DNA of 63,680 bases, filler included, from Lama guanicoe (GCA_013239625.1; 184 parts of 184 records of this genome joined end to end with filler, not necessarily neighbours in it), one strand, 5' to 3'. Numbered from the whole stretch's first letter, positions 11,764 through 23,536 are shown. Program-made: numbers and translations. Notes: a model not told the origin generated them from the sequence alone.

Positions 11764-11911
11764 TTGGGTTTTTTGTTTGTTTTTGTTTTGTGTTTTGGGG
11801 GAGAAGAGGTAATTAGGGTTATTTACTTCTTTAATGGAGAAACTGGGGATTGAACCCAGGACCTTGTACATGGTAAGCATGTTCTCTGCCACTGAACTAT
11901 ACCCTCCCCCC
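11764..11911 (-). mobile_element. Vic-1-type tRNA-Ala-derived SINE, near full length
   Basis: Reverse complement GGGGAGGGTATAGTTCAGTGGCAGAG...GGTCCTGGGTTCAATCCCCAG..TCTCCA (A and B boxes), then CCTAATTACCTC and an A-rich tail. Confidence 0.85.
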
Positions 11912-13147
11912 TCTTTCCTCTTTGTTTTTGTTTTTTTTAAACATTTTTTTATTGAGTTTGAGTCACTTTACAATATTGTGTCAAATTCCAGTGTAGAGCA
12001 CAATTTTTTNNNNNNNNNNNNNNNNNNNNNNNNNNNNNNNNNNNNNNNNNNNNTTAATTAATTAANNNNNNNNNNNNNNNNNNNNNNNNNNNNNNNNNNN
12101 NNNNNNNNNTCCCTGCAAATGCTTCTATAGAAAAAAGCCAATAGCTTCTCCCCATAAAATGAGCGAGGAGAGTGGGTTGTCCTGAAGGATGAGACGAGGG
12201 AAGCACGGTCAATAAAATGACAGTTTTAGAATTTTAACTTCACTAAAAAGAGATGTCAGGGTATATTTTTCGTATGTGACATTATTAAGAATATATAGTC
12301 TTGGATGTCAATTATATATTGTTATTACTTTATTATATCAATTTTAAGCCCATTCNNNNNNNNNNNNNNNNNNNNNNNNNNNNNNNNNNNNNNNNNNNNT
12401 TAATTAATTAANNNNNNNNNNNNNNNNNNNNNNNNNNNNNNNNNNNNNNNNNNNNCCGGAAATGTTACACATCGCGAAAATCTAATTAGGTTTTCAGAAA
12501 GTAGTGTAAGTTTCTGAATTTCAGAAAGGCCTAAACTGTTTTGACTCTCATCCTAAATAGAATTGTGAGGGAACTAGTGGCAGACCCCAGGAATTCCCTT
12601 AGTGTCCCTCAGTCATCTCTGCTTTCTCTGACCAGGGGTTACACGACTGAAAAATTGTTGGGCCTCCCAACCACATTAACTATAAGTGTCTGGCCAAACT
12701 GNNNNNNNNNNNNNNNNNNNNNNNNNNNNNNNNNNNNNNNNNNNNTTAATTAATTAANNNNNNNNNNNNNNNNNNNNNNNNNNNNNNNNNNNNNNNNNNN
12801 NTTGTCTTGCAACCTCAGATGTCATATAGGATTGAGAAAAAAATATGTTTGGAATTTACCCAGCTTTCATTCACTGTTAGTGTAGCAGCAATGAAAATTC
12901 CTAGACTGTTCAATAAGGCAAGAAAAAGAAACATAAAATTCTTGCAAAATAGGAAACAAAACTAACACTAATCATTTAAAATATCACTGGTATATACATA
13001 ATTTAAAATATTCAACAGACAATTATTGGTTTATAGCTGCAAATTTGNNNNNNNNNNNNNNNNNNNNNNNNNNNNNNNNNNNNNNNNNNNNTTAATTAAT
13101 TAANNNNNNNNNNNNNNNNNNNNNNNNNNNNNNNNNNNNNNNNNNNN

Positions 13148-13393
13148 TTTTTTTATTAATTCAATTTTATTACTAGTAATGGGTATGTTCATATTTTCTT
13201 CATCTTCCTGATTCAGTCTTGGGAGAATATATGTTTCTAAGAATTTATCCATTTCTTCTAGGTTGTGTAGTCTCATAATATTGTGGTTGAAAAAGATGCT
13301 TGAATTATTTCAATCTTAAATTTACTGAGACTTAACTTTGTATTTGATCTGTCCTGGAAAATGTTCCATGTTCACTTTACAAGAATATGCACA
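13148..13393 (-). mobile_element. L1 ORF2 5' region remnant, apparently internally deleted
   Basis: TCCTGATTCAGTCTTGGGAG..TATATGTTTCTAAGAATTTATCCATTTCTTCTAGGTT is joined to TTGTGGTTGAAAAAGATGCTTGA...CCTGGAAAATGTTCCATG. Confidence 0.7.
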
Positions 13394-13575
13394 NNNNNNN
13401 NNNNNNNNNNNNNNNNNNNNNNNNNNNNNNNNNNNNNTTAATTAATTAANNNNNNNNNNNNNNNNNNNNNNNNNNNNNNNNNNNNNNNNNNNNTTTATGT
13501 TTGATTCACAAGGACTCATGAACACAGATGGTGAACAGAGGCGTTCTCTCTGGCTTTGGTGCCATCCTGAACCAC

Positions 13576-13585
13576 AAAAGGATAC
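13576..13585 (-). promoter_or_regulatory. U12-type (minor spliceosome) 5' splice site GTATCCTTTT
   Basis: Exact match to the RTATCCTTT consensus at the point where GBP homology stops. Confidence 0.85.
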
Positions 13586-13695
13586 TGCAAGAGGTCGATA
13601 TCCCTCTGGTCAATTTTGTTCATGGTATTGTATACAAAGGTGCTACTTAGTAGCAGTGCCAGTACAAATATCTGGGTGTCATTCTTCTTGTCACC
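13586..13695 (-). CDS. GBP5: Complete 110-nt exon of a guanylate-binding protein GTPase domain, closest to GBP5
   Basis: Acceptor ttctgacctctag, then GDKKNDTQIFVLALLLSSTFVYNTMNKIDQRDIDLL(H), then donor gtatcctttt. Matches recalled GBP5 ADNKNDIQIFALALLLSSTFVYNTVNKIDQGAIDLLH. Family assignment is secure, paralog less so. Confidence 0.85.
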
Positions 13696-14877
13696 CTAGA
13701 GGTCAGAACAAATTTCAGTCATGTCTCGTGGCATTGCCANNNNNNNNNNNNNNNNNNNNNNNNNNNNNNNNNNNNNNNNNNNNTTAATTAATTAANNNNN
13801 NNNNNNNNNNNNNNNNNNNNNNNNNNNNNNNNNNNNNNNACTCATGACGTAGACAGAGCAGACCGAAGCAGGGCCTGTAATTCCCTGAAGGGCCAAGATG
13901 CAGCTGGGTCAGCAGGGAGGGTCAGCAGGGGAGATCAGCAGGCCCTGTCCAGCCCAGAGGGAATAGTGACCCCAAATTGCACTGGTCCTGGCGGCCGGCA
14001 GCAGAGCAGGCGGTAACCATCCATGTCAGAGACCGAGAGGGACCCGAGGGAAGCAGGAAGGTAATGAGTGCAGATCAAAGCCTCCNNNNNNNNNNNNNNN
14101 NNNNNNNNNNNNNNNNNNNNNNNNNNNNNTTAATTAATTAANNNNNNNNNNNNNNNNNNNNNNNNNNNNNNNNNNNNNNNNNNNNAACTACTACAGGTGA
14201 CTTTCAAGAGCCGCCCAGGAGTGAGGTTCCCGCAGGACCCCAGCACTGTGTCGGCTTCCTTTCCTTGCTACGGTCTCCCTTCCCAGGGTCTGTCTTCTCT
14301 TCACAGCGCTGCTCCCAGCTGACACCACATCACGGACCCAAGGGTAAAACTCAGTGTCATGCCACTTGGAACATATTCCACTTTAAAGGGCGAGCTTGAC
14401 TTTGTCACACACATTCCTGGAGAACAACACGNNNNNNNNNNNNNNNNNNNNNNNNNNNNNNNNNNNNNNNNNNNNTTAATTAATTAANNNNNNNNNNNNN
14501 NNNNNNNNNNNNNNNNNNNNNNNNNNNNNNNTAATATAAAAATCACCCATATGCCCTTTGCCAAATACAGCCAATGCTAACATTTTATCTCATTTGTATA
14601 CACACGTATATACTATGCACCATCTGAGAATATATATTTTGCATGTATCTTGACTCTGTCTCTACGATCTTGAGATGCATTTAAGAACAAGATAAGATCT
14701 TCTGTAGCCACAGAGCAGTTATCGATGTCAGTAAATTTAACACTGATACTATAACATTATCTTATCTAATCAGTTTTNNNNNNNNNNNNNNNNNNNNNNN
14801 NNNNNNNNNNNNNNNNNNNNNTTAATTAATTAANNNNNNNNNNNNNNNNNNNNNNNNNNNNNNNNNNNNNNNNNNNN

Positions 14878-15123
14878 GCCGGCCCTCAGCAGAGGGGATC
14901 CTCAAGATGGCGGCCACAATGAAGGCATAAGAGAGGAGGATGAGAAGACAGCAGCCCAGCAGGACCATGATGCACATCAGGCCCACGCTCATGGCCACTG
15001 TGGGGACATTGACTCCACAGACCAATTTCAAGAGAGGTGGCACATGGCAGAAGAAATGGCGGACCTCATTGGGTCCACAGAAGGTGAGTTGGAAAATGGC
15101 TGATGTCACCACCAGCCCCATGA
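14878..15123 (-). CDS. Olfactory receptor fragment (TM4-ECL2-TM5-ICL3), OR10H subfamily-like
   Basis: FCGPNEVRHFFCHVPPLLKLVC and LILLSYAFIVAAILRIPSAEGR motifs. Frame is open across the contig. Confidence 0.92.
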
Positions 15124-15223
15124 NNNNNNNNNNNNNNNNNNNNNNNNNNNNNNNNNNNNNNNNNNNNTTAATTAATTAANNNNNNNNNNNNNNNNNNNNN
15201 NNNNNNNNNNNNNNNNNNNNNNN

Positions 15224-15333
15224 GGGGCCAAGGGAGGGGCCGGGAAGGGGGCGGGGCTGGGAGCTCAGGCTCCGAGCCCCGCCTCAGACCAGGGCCTGCG
15301 CAGAACGCTGAGGAGGTAGCCGGCATCTCAGCC
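15224..15333 (+). promoter_or_regulatory. CYP2J proximal promoter and 5' UTR with Sp1/GC box
   Basis: GGGGCGGGGC at 15248-15257, a second CCCCGCC downstream, no TATA box, and Kozak-like CAGCCATGC. Confidence 0.65.
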
Positions 15334-15469
15334 ATGCTTGCAGCTTTGGGCTCCGTGGCAGCCGCTGTCTGGGGGCTGCTCTGTCTCCGCTCTCTCCTGC
15401 TGGGTGCCGTTGTATTTCTCTTCTTTGCTGATTTCCTCAAAAGTCGTCGCCCAAAGAACTACCCGCCTG
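15334..15469 (+). CDS. CYP2J2: Cytochrome P450 2J subfamily (CYP2J2-like) exon 1, partial
   Basis: MLAALGSVAAAVWGLLCLRSLLLGAVVFLFFADFLKSRRPKNYPP: membrane anchor, basic stretch and start of the Pro-rich motif. Similar to recalled human MLAAMGSLAAALW...ADFLKRRRPKNYPPGP. Exact paralog unknown. Confidence 0.88.
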
Positions 15470-16261
15470 NNNNNNNNNNNNNNNNNNNNNNNNNNNNNNN
15501 NNNNNNNNNNNNNTTAATTAATTAANNNNNNNNNNNNNNNNNNNNNNNNNNNNNNNNNNNNNNNNNNNNGGGGCAGCTGTATCAGGCAGCCTACATCATA
15601 TTCATTAACTAACCAAAGGGAAGAAGCTTAAAATCCAGTCCCAGATTTGGTGGTATCTCAGCCCCACAGAGACTTCCAATCTCCACAGTCCTTTTCTACC
15701 CCAGAAAATAAGAGCAGAACAGTTTACACTTACTTAGTTCGAGCTAGGGGTAGGCACTGTGATGAGCACTTCGCAAGACTTAGCTTACATAATCCTCCCA
15801 ACAGCTCTGTATGGTNNNNNNNNNNNNNNNNNNNNNNNNNNNNNNNNNNNNNNNNNNNNTTAATTAATTAANNNNNNNNNNNNNNNNNNNNNNNNNNNNN
15901 NNNNNNNNNNNNNNNGAGAAGTAGAGCATAAAGTTGTGCTCCTAACCTCTCTGTAAGCTCATTCCTTTCACGTAGTAGTCTGGCTTTAAATGGCAGTACC
16001 CGAGAATCAGGCTCATTTATGGCTGTGATAATCCACACAAGCTCCATCCTCTGTAAAGACAGACTGTATTTCTTCTAGGAAATTGGTCTTCCCACTGATC
16101 AGCAAACATTTAGTGCCTTGGGAACTTCCTGCCTTGAGTCTTCATGTGGTTCTAATAGACANNNNNNNNNNNNNNNNNNNNNNNNNNNNNNNNNNNNNNN
16201 NNNNNTTAATTAATTAANNNNNNNNNNNNNNNNNNNNNNNNNNNNNNNNNNNNNNNNNNNN

Positions 16262-16507
16262 TTGGGAGGTGAGGCATTGGGGCAAGGAATAGTGACTTCA
16301 TTTGGAAAGTTGCAGACCGAGAGGATGGCCGACTAATGTTCTGGAGAACCACCCTGCTCCAGCCAGAATATAGGCTCCTTTTATACAAAAAAACAGGGGA
16401 GAGGGTGTGGTTCGTTGTTGTAAACTTCTTGTTGCAGGAGTTCTTTATTCTTGCAGCCGTCCTTGCGGGTCAGGCCACGGTGTCCCTTTAAATCTCCAAC
16501 AAAACAA
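16262..16507 (-). mobile_element. Probable ERV LTR fragment, related to 52790-52923
   Basis: Shared GCAAGGA...GAAAG...AGAC..AGA..ATG..GACT.ATGT.CT.GAGAACCA.C.T...CAGAAT..AGG.TC. A TATA-like CTTTTATAC lies on the minus strand. Confidence 0.5.
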
Positions 16508-16629
16508 NNNNNNNNNNNNNNNNNNNNNNNNNNNNNNNNNNNNNNNNNNNNTTAATTAATTAANNNNNNNNNNNNNNNNNNNNNNNNNNNNNNNNNNNNN
16601 NNNNNNNCTATTTCCTGTGATGATTTTTA

Positions 16630-16853
16630 TAGCCCTGACTCACTGAATGCCACTTCTTAGTTTTATTTTCCTGTCCTTTAATTTCCTCAAATAGAAGCGT
16701 GCCTAGGGTCTCATCTGCAGACCTCCCACTTCCCCGTCCAAGCTCCCTTCAAGGTAACCCATCCAGTTTCCTGCTTTAAATGCCATGTCTTTGTTACTGT
16801 AATTCAAACACATATATGAAGCTGAGACCTTTGCTCTAAAATGGAAACTTACG
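16630..16853 (+). mobile_element. L2 ORF2 remnant
   Basis: GTGCCTAGGGTCTCATC...CCATCCAGTTTCCTGCTTTAAATGCCATGTCT...AATTC.AAC pattern of the L2 RT region. Confidence 0.5.
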
Positions 16854-17645
16854 NNNNNNNNNNNNNNNNNNNNNNNNNNNNNNNNNNNNNNNNNNNNTTA
16901 ATTAATTAANNNNNNNNNNNNNNNNNNNNNNNNNNNNNNNNNNNNNNNNNNNNTTGTACTTAATATAACTGATATTATACAACATGGATACTGGTAGCTA
17001 GCGCCTTTCACTCATGTCTGAGATTCATACATGCTGTTATATATAATTTTATTGTTTTCCAAAATGAAAAAAAAACAATCATATTCCAAAATTCCACTTT
17101 GGAAACACACCACAATGTACTTATTCTTTCTATTGATGGGCTGTTGGGCAATTTCCAGTTTGGAAGCTTTATGAATAAAGCTGCTAATTACACTCCTGCN
17201 NNNNNNNNNNNNNNNNNNNNNNNNNNNNNNNNNNNNNNNNNNNTTAATTAATTAANNNNNNNNNNNNNNNNNNNNNNNNNNNNNNNNNNNNNNNNNNNNC
17301 TTGGGGCCAACTGAACCTTAGGCACTTATGAGATTAGATCAAATCTGATACACGTTCCTCATGAAATCACTGGGAGGAACTGATTACCGAGGAATTTCCA
17401 CTGAGGCTGAGGATCCTCTTCCTCCAGCGCAAACAAATCCTGTTGTTCCTGGGGAAGGTGACTGTTACACTGGGGCTGGAACTCGGGGAGAGGGATGTGA
17501 GGACAGGAACATAGAGGCAGCACCAGGTGAGACTGTCAGATCTCTNNNNNNNNNNNNNNNNNNNNNNNNNNNNNNNNNNNNNNNNNNNNTTAATTAATTA
17601 ANNNNNNNNNNNNNNNNNNNNNNNNNNNNNNNNNNNNNNNNNNNN

Positions 17646-17745
17646 CTTGATCTTAACCCTCCGAGACTCATTTCAGACTTCTGACCTCCAGAACTGTAAA
17701 CGAATAATTTTGTGTTTTTCAAGCTACTAAGTTTGTGGTAACACA
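17646..17745 (+). mobile_element. MaLR LTR 3' end (MLT1A-like)
   Basis: CTTGATCTTA.CC...GAGAC.CATTTCAGACTTCTGACCTCCAGAACTGTAA...AATAA.TTTGTGT..TT.AAGC.ACTAAGTTTGTGGTAA. Confidence 0.8.
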
Positions 17746-19029
17746 ACTCCCCCTACCCAAAAGGTACAAGTCAAAGGTTTTTGATGTATCATGTTATTAA
17801 TTTTTTAAAATTGAGGTGACAGAGATGCAAAAGATTTGCCATTTTAACTACTTTTAAGTGTACCATTTATTTATTATATGATTTTTTTTTTNNNNNNNNN
17901 NNNNNNNNNNNNNNNNNNNNNNNNNNNNNNNNNNNTTAATTAATTAANNNNNNNNNNNNNNNNNNNNNNNNNNNNNNNNNNNNNNNNNNNNCCATTTAAT
18001 AACTGTGTGACTAAGGAGAGGCTACAACTATCTGTGCTGGTTTTCTTCACTTGTAAGGTGGAGATGAAGACATTCTCTCCAGGGTTCTTGGAGAATCAAA
18101 CATGCAAACAATCATACCAGTTTTGTTAACTATCAAGGGCTGTGCAAACTGTCATTACAACCATCATCACCATTGGCTTTTATTCCATATGCGACAGCAG
18201 AAAATGCGTCAATTATAAGCATCCAGAGCGGCTACGGNNNNNNNNNNNNNNNNNNNNNNNNNNNNNNNNNNNNNNNNNNNNTTAATTAATTAANNNNNNN
18301 NNNNNNNNNNNNNNNNNNNNNNNNNNNNNNNNNNNNNTTCACAGGAAAAAAATCACAAACTTAATGTCTGAAAATATCTTGTCATCAATTTGCCTACCAT
18401 TAGTTAGTTATAAATAACTCAATGCTGAACATATTGTGTGCAAACATCCTAAGGGGACCCACAGTGTGTCCTCCTCTACTTTGAATAAGGATGGATTCAA
18501 TCTCAGCAGAAGATTGGTATGAGAGAGTCTCCTCCCAGCCTTGAAGAAGCAAACAGCCATGTTGTGCACTGCCCTTGGTGAGGNNNNNNNNNNNNNNNNN
18601 NNNNNNNNNNNNNNNNNNNNNNNNNNNTTAATTAATTAANNNNNNNNNNNNNNNNNNNNNNNNNNNNNNNNNNNNNNNNNNNNTCCTTCCTGTTGGTCTG
18701 ATGGGGCAGCTTGGATCCCAGGGCAGCTCCCCGTTGTTCGAAACAGTGGCTGGGGTAGCCGACTTGGTGGTGGGAGTGGGGCTGCCTTCCTCACGCCACG
18801 TGGCTGCCAGGGGAAGGGGGTGCCACCACAAAACCAGGGGTTCAGAGCATGGGTGCCCGGTGCCCGCTCCACTCTCTGTAAAAAAGTGTTCTTCTTAAGT
18901 GTTGTCACAATCTTCAGCATTCTGAGTTANNNNNNNNNNNNNNNNNNNNNNNNNNNNNNNNNNNNNNNNNNNNTTAATTAATTAANNNNNNNNNNNNNNN
19001 NNNNNNNNNNNNNNNNNNNNNNNNNNNNN

Positions 19030-19275
19030 AAAAATCTGGATTCAGACCTTCACAAAGCTCTTCACAAAAATCAACTTTAAATGAGCCATAGATTTAAGTA
19101 CAAAAGGCAGAACTAGAGATCTAGAAGATGACACAGGAGCAAAGCTGGATGACCTTGGGCACAGGGATGAGTTTTAGAAGAAATAGCTAAGGCTATAATC
19201 CATGAAAGAAATAATCGATAAGAGGGACTACATTAGAACTAATCACTTGTGCCACTTGAAAAGCAATGTCAAGGG
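19030..19275 (+). mobile_element. Old L1 ORF2 3' region remnant
   Basis: CACAAAAATCAACT..AAATG...CATAGA...CTAGAAGATGACACAGGAG...GATGACCTTGGG...ATCCATGAAAGAAATAAT.GATAAG. Confidence 0.75.
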
Positions 19276-20415
19276 NNNNNNNNNNNNNNNNNNNNNNNNN
19301 NNNNNNNNNNNNNNNNNNNTTAATTAATTAANNNNNNNNNNNNNNNNNNNNNNNNNNNNNNNNNNNNNNNNNNNNTGCTCTAGGACATTGTTATTAACAT
19401 CAATCTGTGGGTATATCACATGAAAACCTAGATGATTTGTAATTTTTTTTAACTCTTCAGTTCTAAATGAAGAGTTTTTAATCATTTATGTGATTAAAGG
19501 AAGGCCCCAAGGAAGGCAGTTGTGGAAAAAAATAATATTTTGGCGCCATCTGCTGTTCTTTAGTGTGATATTTCATCTTCTTCAGTAAAACTTGTAGATA
19601 GATTCGAATATATGTATTTTTNNNNNNNNNNNNNNNNNNNNNNNNNNNNNNNNNNNNNNNNNNNNTTAATTAATTAANNNNNNNNNNNNNNNNNNNNNNN
19701 NNNNNNNNNNNNNNNNNNNNNGTTCCCTTTCACAATTAAACACATGCAAGATAATAATTCTAGGAGAATGCATATGTACTACAAATACAGAGAATTTCAT
19801 GATAACAATGATTATCAAATTAGGCCAGTAGTTATTTGTATATGGGTGAAGGGAGGGTGAGTGATTAGTGAGGGAACACAAAAGATACCTATGTGGTTGC
19901 TTCTCATTACATTAAGCATTATTTTTATTTCTGAAGGTGAATTGTTGGCACATAGATACCTTAGATTTNNNNNNNNNNNNNNNNNNNNNNNNNNNNNNNN
20001 NNNNNNNNNNNNTTAATTAATTAANNNNNNNNNNNNNNNNNNNNNNNNNNNNNNNNNNNNNNNNNNNNCAAAGCAGCATATTTTGGTGATCTGGACACAG
20101 CGGAGGCGTTGCTGTTACGTAACAAAAATGTCGTAGACAGCAGAGACAGGAAGAACAGGTAACAGTGGCAGGACGGGGTGGGGGCAGGCCTGGGAGGAGC
20201 TGCCAACTATGGTTTTAAGATATGAATTTTAAATTGCCTTCCCATGTCAGAGATGTTGAAGAGTGGGAAAATGAGCATGTTAGAATCATTGAAGTACAGT
20301 GTTCTCTCTCATCCTNNNNNNNNNNNNNNNNNNNNNNNNNNNNNNNNNNNNNNNNNNNNTTAATTAATTAANNNNNNNNNNNNNNNNNNNNNNNNNNNNN
20401 NNNNNNNNNNNNNNN

Positions 20416-20589
20416 GTATTGTAGACACTCTCTGTCTTTCCCGGAAACCACTAAGGAGGCTCTTTGCTTGCGCTGGGCATCTTGTTAGCAGCGGCCCTAC
20501 CCGAGTGAACTATTCAGGCAACTAATGTGAGGTGCAATCATATCACCTCCGCAGTGATCCAGTCCAACCTCTGTGAAGTCCTCACTACA
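20416..20589 (+). mobile_element. Possible LTR 3' end
   Basis: Segment ends in CTCACTACA, an LTR-like CA terminus, followed by a compositional shift. Family not recognised. Confidence 0.25.
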
Positions 20590-22149
20590 CTGAAACAGAA
20601 GACAAGACACCTGGAAAGATGGAAAATGATGGAAGAGAAAAGAAAAGAAGGGAAGTCCTGANNNNNNNNNNNNNNNNNNNNNNNNNNNNNNNNNNNNNNN
20701 NNNNNTTAATTAATTAANNNNNNNNNNNNNNNNNNNNNNNNNNNNNNNNNNNNNNNNNNNNGAGTCCAGGCACTCTTCTATAAAAGCTGTGGCCTGAACA
20801 AGCCACAAGATCTGTCCGAGTTTTTGTTTCCTTATTGTTACAAGGAGGATAATATGATTAAATGAGATGCTGTGTCCAGCATACCATGAGTATCTTAAAG
20901 GCTAGTTTCCATCTCTCCTTCAACTTCACACATCCAGCTGAGAGACCCAGGTTACTTATTGTGATTTTCCTTAGTCTTCTGGTTCCCACAGCTCAAATTA
21001 CTCTATCANNNNNNNNNNNNNNNNNNNNNNNNNNNNNNNNNNNNNNNNNNNNTTAATTAATTAANNNNNNNNNNNNNNNNNNNNNNNNNNNNNNNNNNNN
21101 NNNNNNNNGCAAAATGACCTCCATCCACACCTAACAGGCAATGAGCCGGGGTCCGAGGTCCACAGTAGGCTGAGGACTGTTAATACCTCGTCCACAGGTT
21201 GCAAGCCAATGGCCTGAAACTTCAAATTATGTGGTGTGTCATAATAGTGAATGTTTTGCTATTTCTAAAGATTTAGAAATCACAGTAAATATTTCAGGAG
21301 AGATTTTTCCCTACACTTGAGAGAGATGACTAGACCAGGTTCCAAAAGGAAAAAANNNNNNNNNNNNNNNNNNNNNNNNNNNNNNNNNNNNNNNNNNNNT
21401 TAATTAATTAANNNNNNNNNNNNNNNNNNNNNNNNNNNNNNNNNNNNNNNNNNNNGATCACCTCCCCCATCTGTTCTCAGCAGTTGCCAGAAACATTTTC
21501 ATACTTTCAACTTGCCATCTTAACCAGTCTGACTACATTACGGCTAGATTGACCTCAGTTAACCTTATAATACCATTGCCTTAAAGCCTGAAAGTTGTCA
21601 TCCTTTTGGAAGTGTGTTGTTTCCCTTTGGAGTGACAACTTTTAAGTTTATAAATGTTTTCAGTGAAGCCTACTTTGTCCACCCTATTAATTGTGCTCAC
21701 TCNNNNNNNNNNNNNNNNNNNNNNNNNNNNNNNNNNNNNNNNNNNNTTAATTAATTAANNNNNNNNNNNNNNNNNNNNNNNNNNNNNNNNNNNNNNNNNN
21801 NNGTGTCTGTGAACAGACAATATTTCCTGCGCTACATGGCACATGGAGGCAAAATTCCCACCTCAGAACAATAAGAATAAAAAGGGAAATATCTTGAGTA
21901 GAAAATTACCCTTGACTAGTAATATACATTGATGTGCAGGTAGAGTTTTTATTCTGTAAATACACAAAATGGACAACTATGCAGCCGGTAAAATGAAAAA
22001 CAGATCCAAATGTATCAACATGACCAGATCTCAAAATAAAAAGTAAGGTNNNNNNNNNNNNNNNNNNNNNNNNNNNNNNNNNNNNNNNNNNNNTTAATTA
22101 ATTAANNNNNNNNNNNNNNNNNNNNNNNNNNNNNNNNNNNNNNNNNNNN

Positions 22150-22395
22150 AAGAAAAATACCATATGATAGCACTTATATGTGGAATCTAAAAAAAGAAAA
22201 GAAAAGGACAATATGAACTCATCTACAAAGCAGAAATACTCGCAGACATAGTAAACAATCTTACAGTTGCTGGGGTAAGGGAGAGGAAAGGGATAAATTT
22301 GGGAGTTTGAGATTTATAAATGTGAGCCATATATATAAAAAATAGATTTTAAAAAAGTTTATTCTGTATAGCACAGGGAACTATATTCAATATCT
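22150..22395 (+). mobile_element. L1 3' UTR fragment
   Basis: AAATACCATATGATA.CACTTATATGTGGAATCTAAAAAA...ATGAACTCATCTACAAA.CAGAAA...CTGTATAGCACAGGGAACTATATTCAATATCT. Confidence 0.85.
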
Positions 22396-22842
22396 NNNNN
22401 NNNNNNNNNNNNNNNNNNNNNNNNNNNNNNNNNNNNNNNTTAATTAATTAANNNNNNNNNNNNNNNNNNNNNNNNNNNNNNNNNNNNNNNNNNNNAGCTG
22501 GCTTCCAGGATCCCAGCAGGCACCTTCTGTAGGGGCCTACTGTCGCTTTTCCGTGCACCGTGCACCTCTCCACAGAACCAGACCCTGCCTTCCTCCTGCA
22601 ATTCTAACAGGGCTATCAGTCAGGCCTGACCTGCCAGAGCTCGGGCACAGTCAGGCTGACCAGTGAGTCATTCCTGACCATCCTGGGCACGCGTCCCATG
22701 AAGGGTCCACAGAGTTGTTTTCCAGAGTCGCTGCAGGCAAGANNNNNNNNNNNNNNNNNNNNNNNNNNNNNNNNNNNNNNNNNNNNTTAATTAATTAANN
22801 NNNNNNNNNNNNNNNNNNNNNNNNNNNNNNNNNNNNNNNNNN

Positions 22843-23089
22843 TCAATGAACAGTAATATTTTGAAAGAAATCCTTTTTTTCTGAGTAGTAGGTCTCAACA
22901 GTGGGCTCAAAATATTCAGCAAACCATGTTGTAAACAGACGTGCTGTCCTCTAGGCTTTGTTATTGCACTTACAGAGCACAGGCAGAGTCGATCTAGTAT
23001 GGTTCTTCAGGGCCCTAGGATTTCCATAATGATAAATGATCATTAGCTTGAACTTCAAGTCACCAGCTGTCTTAGCTGCCCTTTGAAAT
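22843..23089 (-). mobile_element. Tigger1-like (pogo/Tc1-mariner) transposase remnant, bubble arm A
   Basis: Minus strand reads AGDLKFKLMIIYHYGNPRALKNHTRSTLPVLCKCNNKA*RTARLFTTWFAEYFEPTVETYYSEKK, matching recalled Tigger1 DDE region with one in-frame stop. Confidence 0.85.
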
Positions 23090-23536
23090 NNNNNNNNNNN
23101 NNNNNNNNNNNNNNNNNNNNNNNNNNNNNNNNNTTAATTAATTAANNNNNNNNNNNNNNNNNNNNNNNNNNNNNNNNNNNNNNNNNNNNAGCCTGTGGAG
23201 ACCTGGGAATCTGAATTTTTAAAAGGTCCTCAGATAGAGATATATTAAGAAGAAAAAGCAATATGTATAACAGTATCATAAATAAATCTATTTCAGCAAA
23301 AAAAGATTAAAAGTGTTTATATATACATTTTTCCATGTGCTACACAAATACATACATACATTGCATATTTCTGGACACATACAAAAGCTATTTACATTAA
23401 TCCTTTCTTGGAAAAAGATTTCGAGTCTAGGTAAGGNNNNNNNNNNNNNNNNNNNNNNNNNNNNNNNNNNNNNNNNNNNNTTAATTAATTAANNNNNNNN
23501 NNNNNNNNNNNNNNNNNNNNNNNNNNNNNNNNNNNN

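Noticed and set aside
13494..15469. Apparent gene cluster GBP5 - OR10H - CYP2J
   Set aside because: Separate contigs ordered by length. Their proximity is an artefact.
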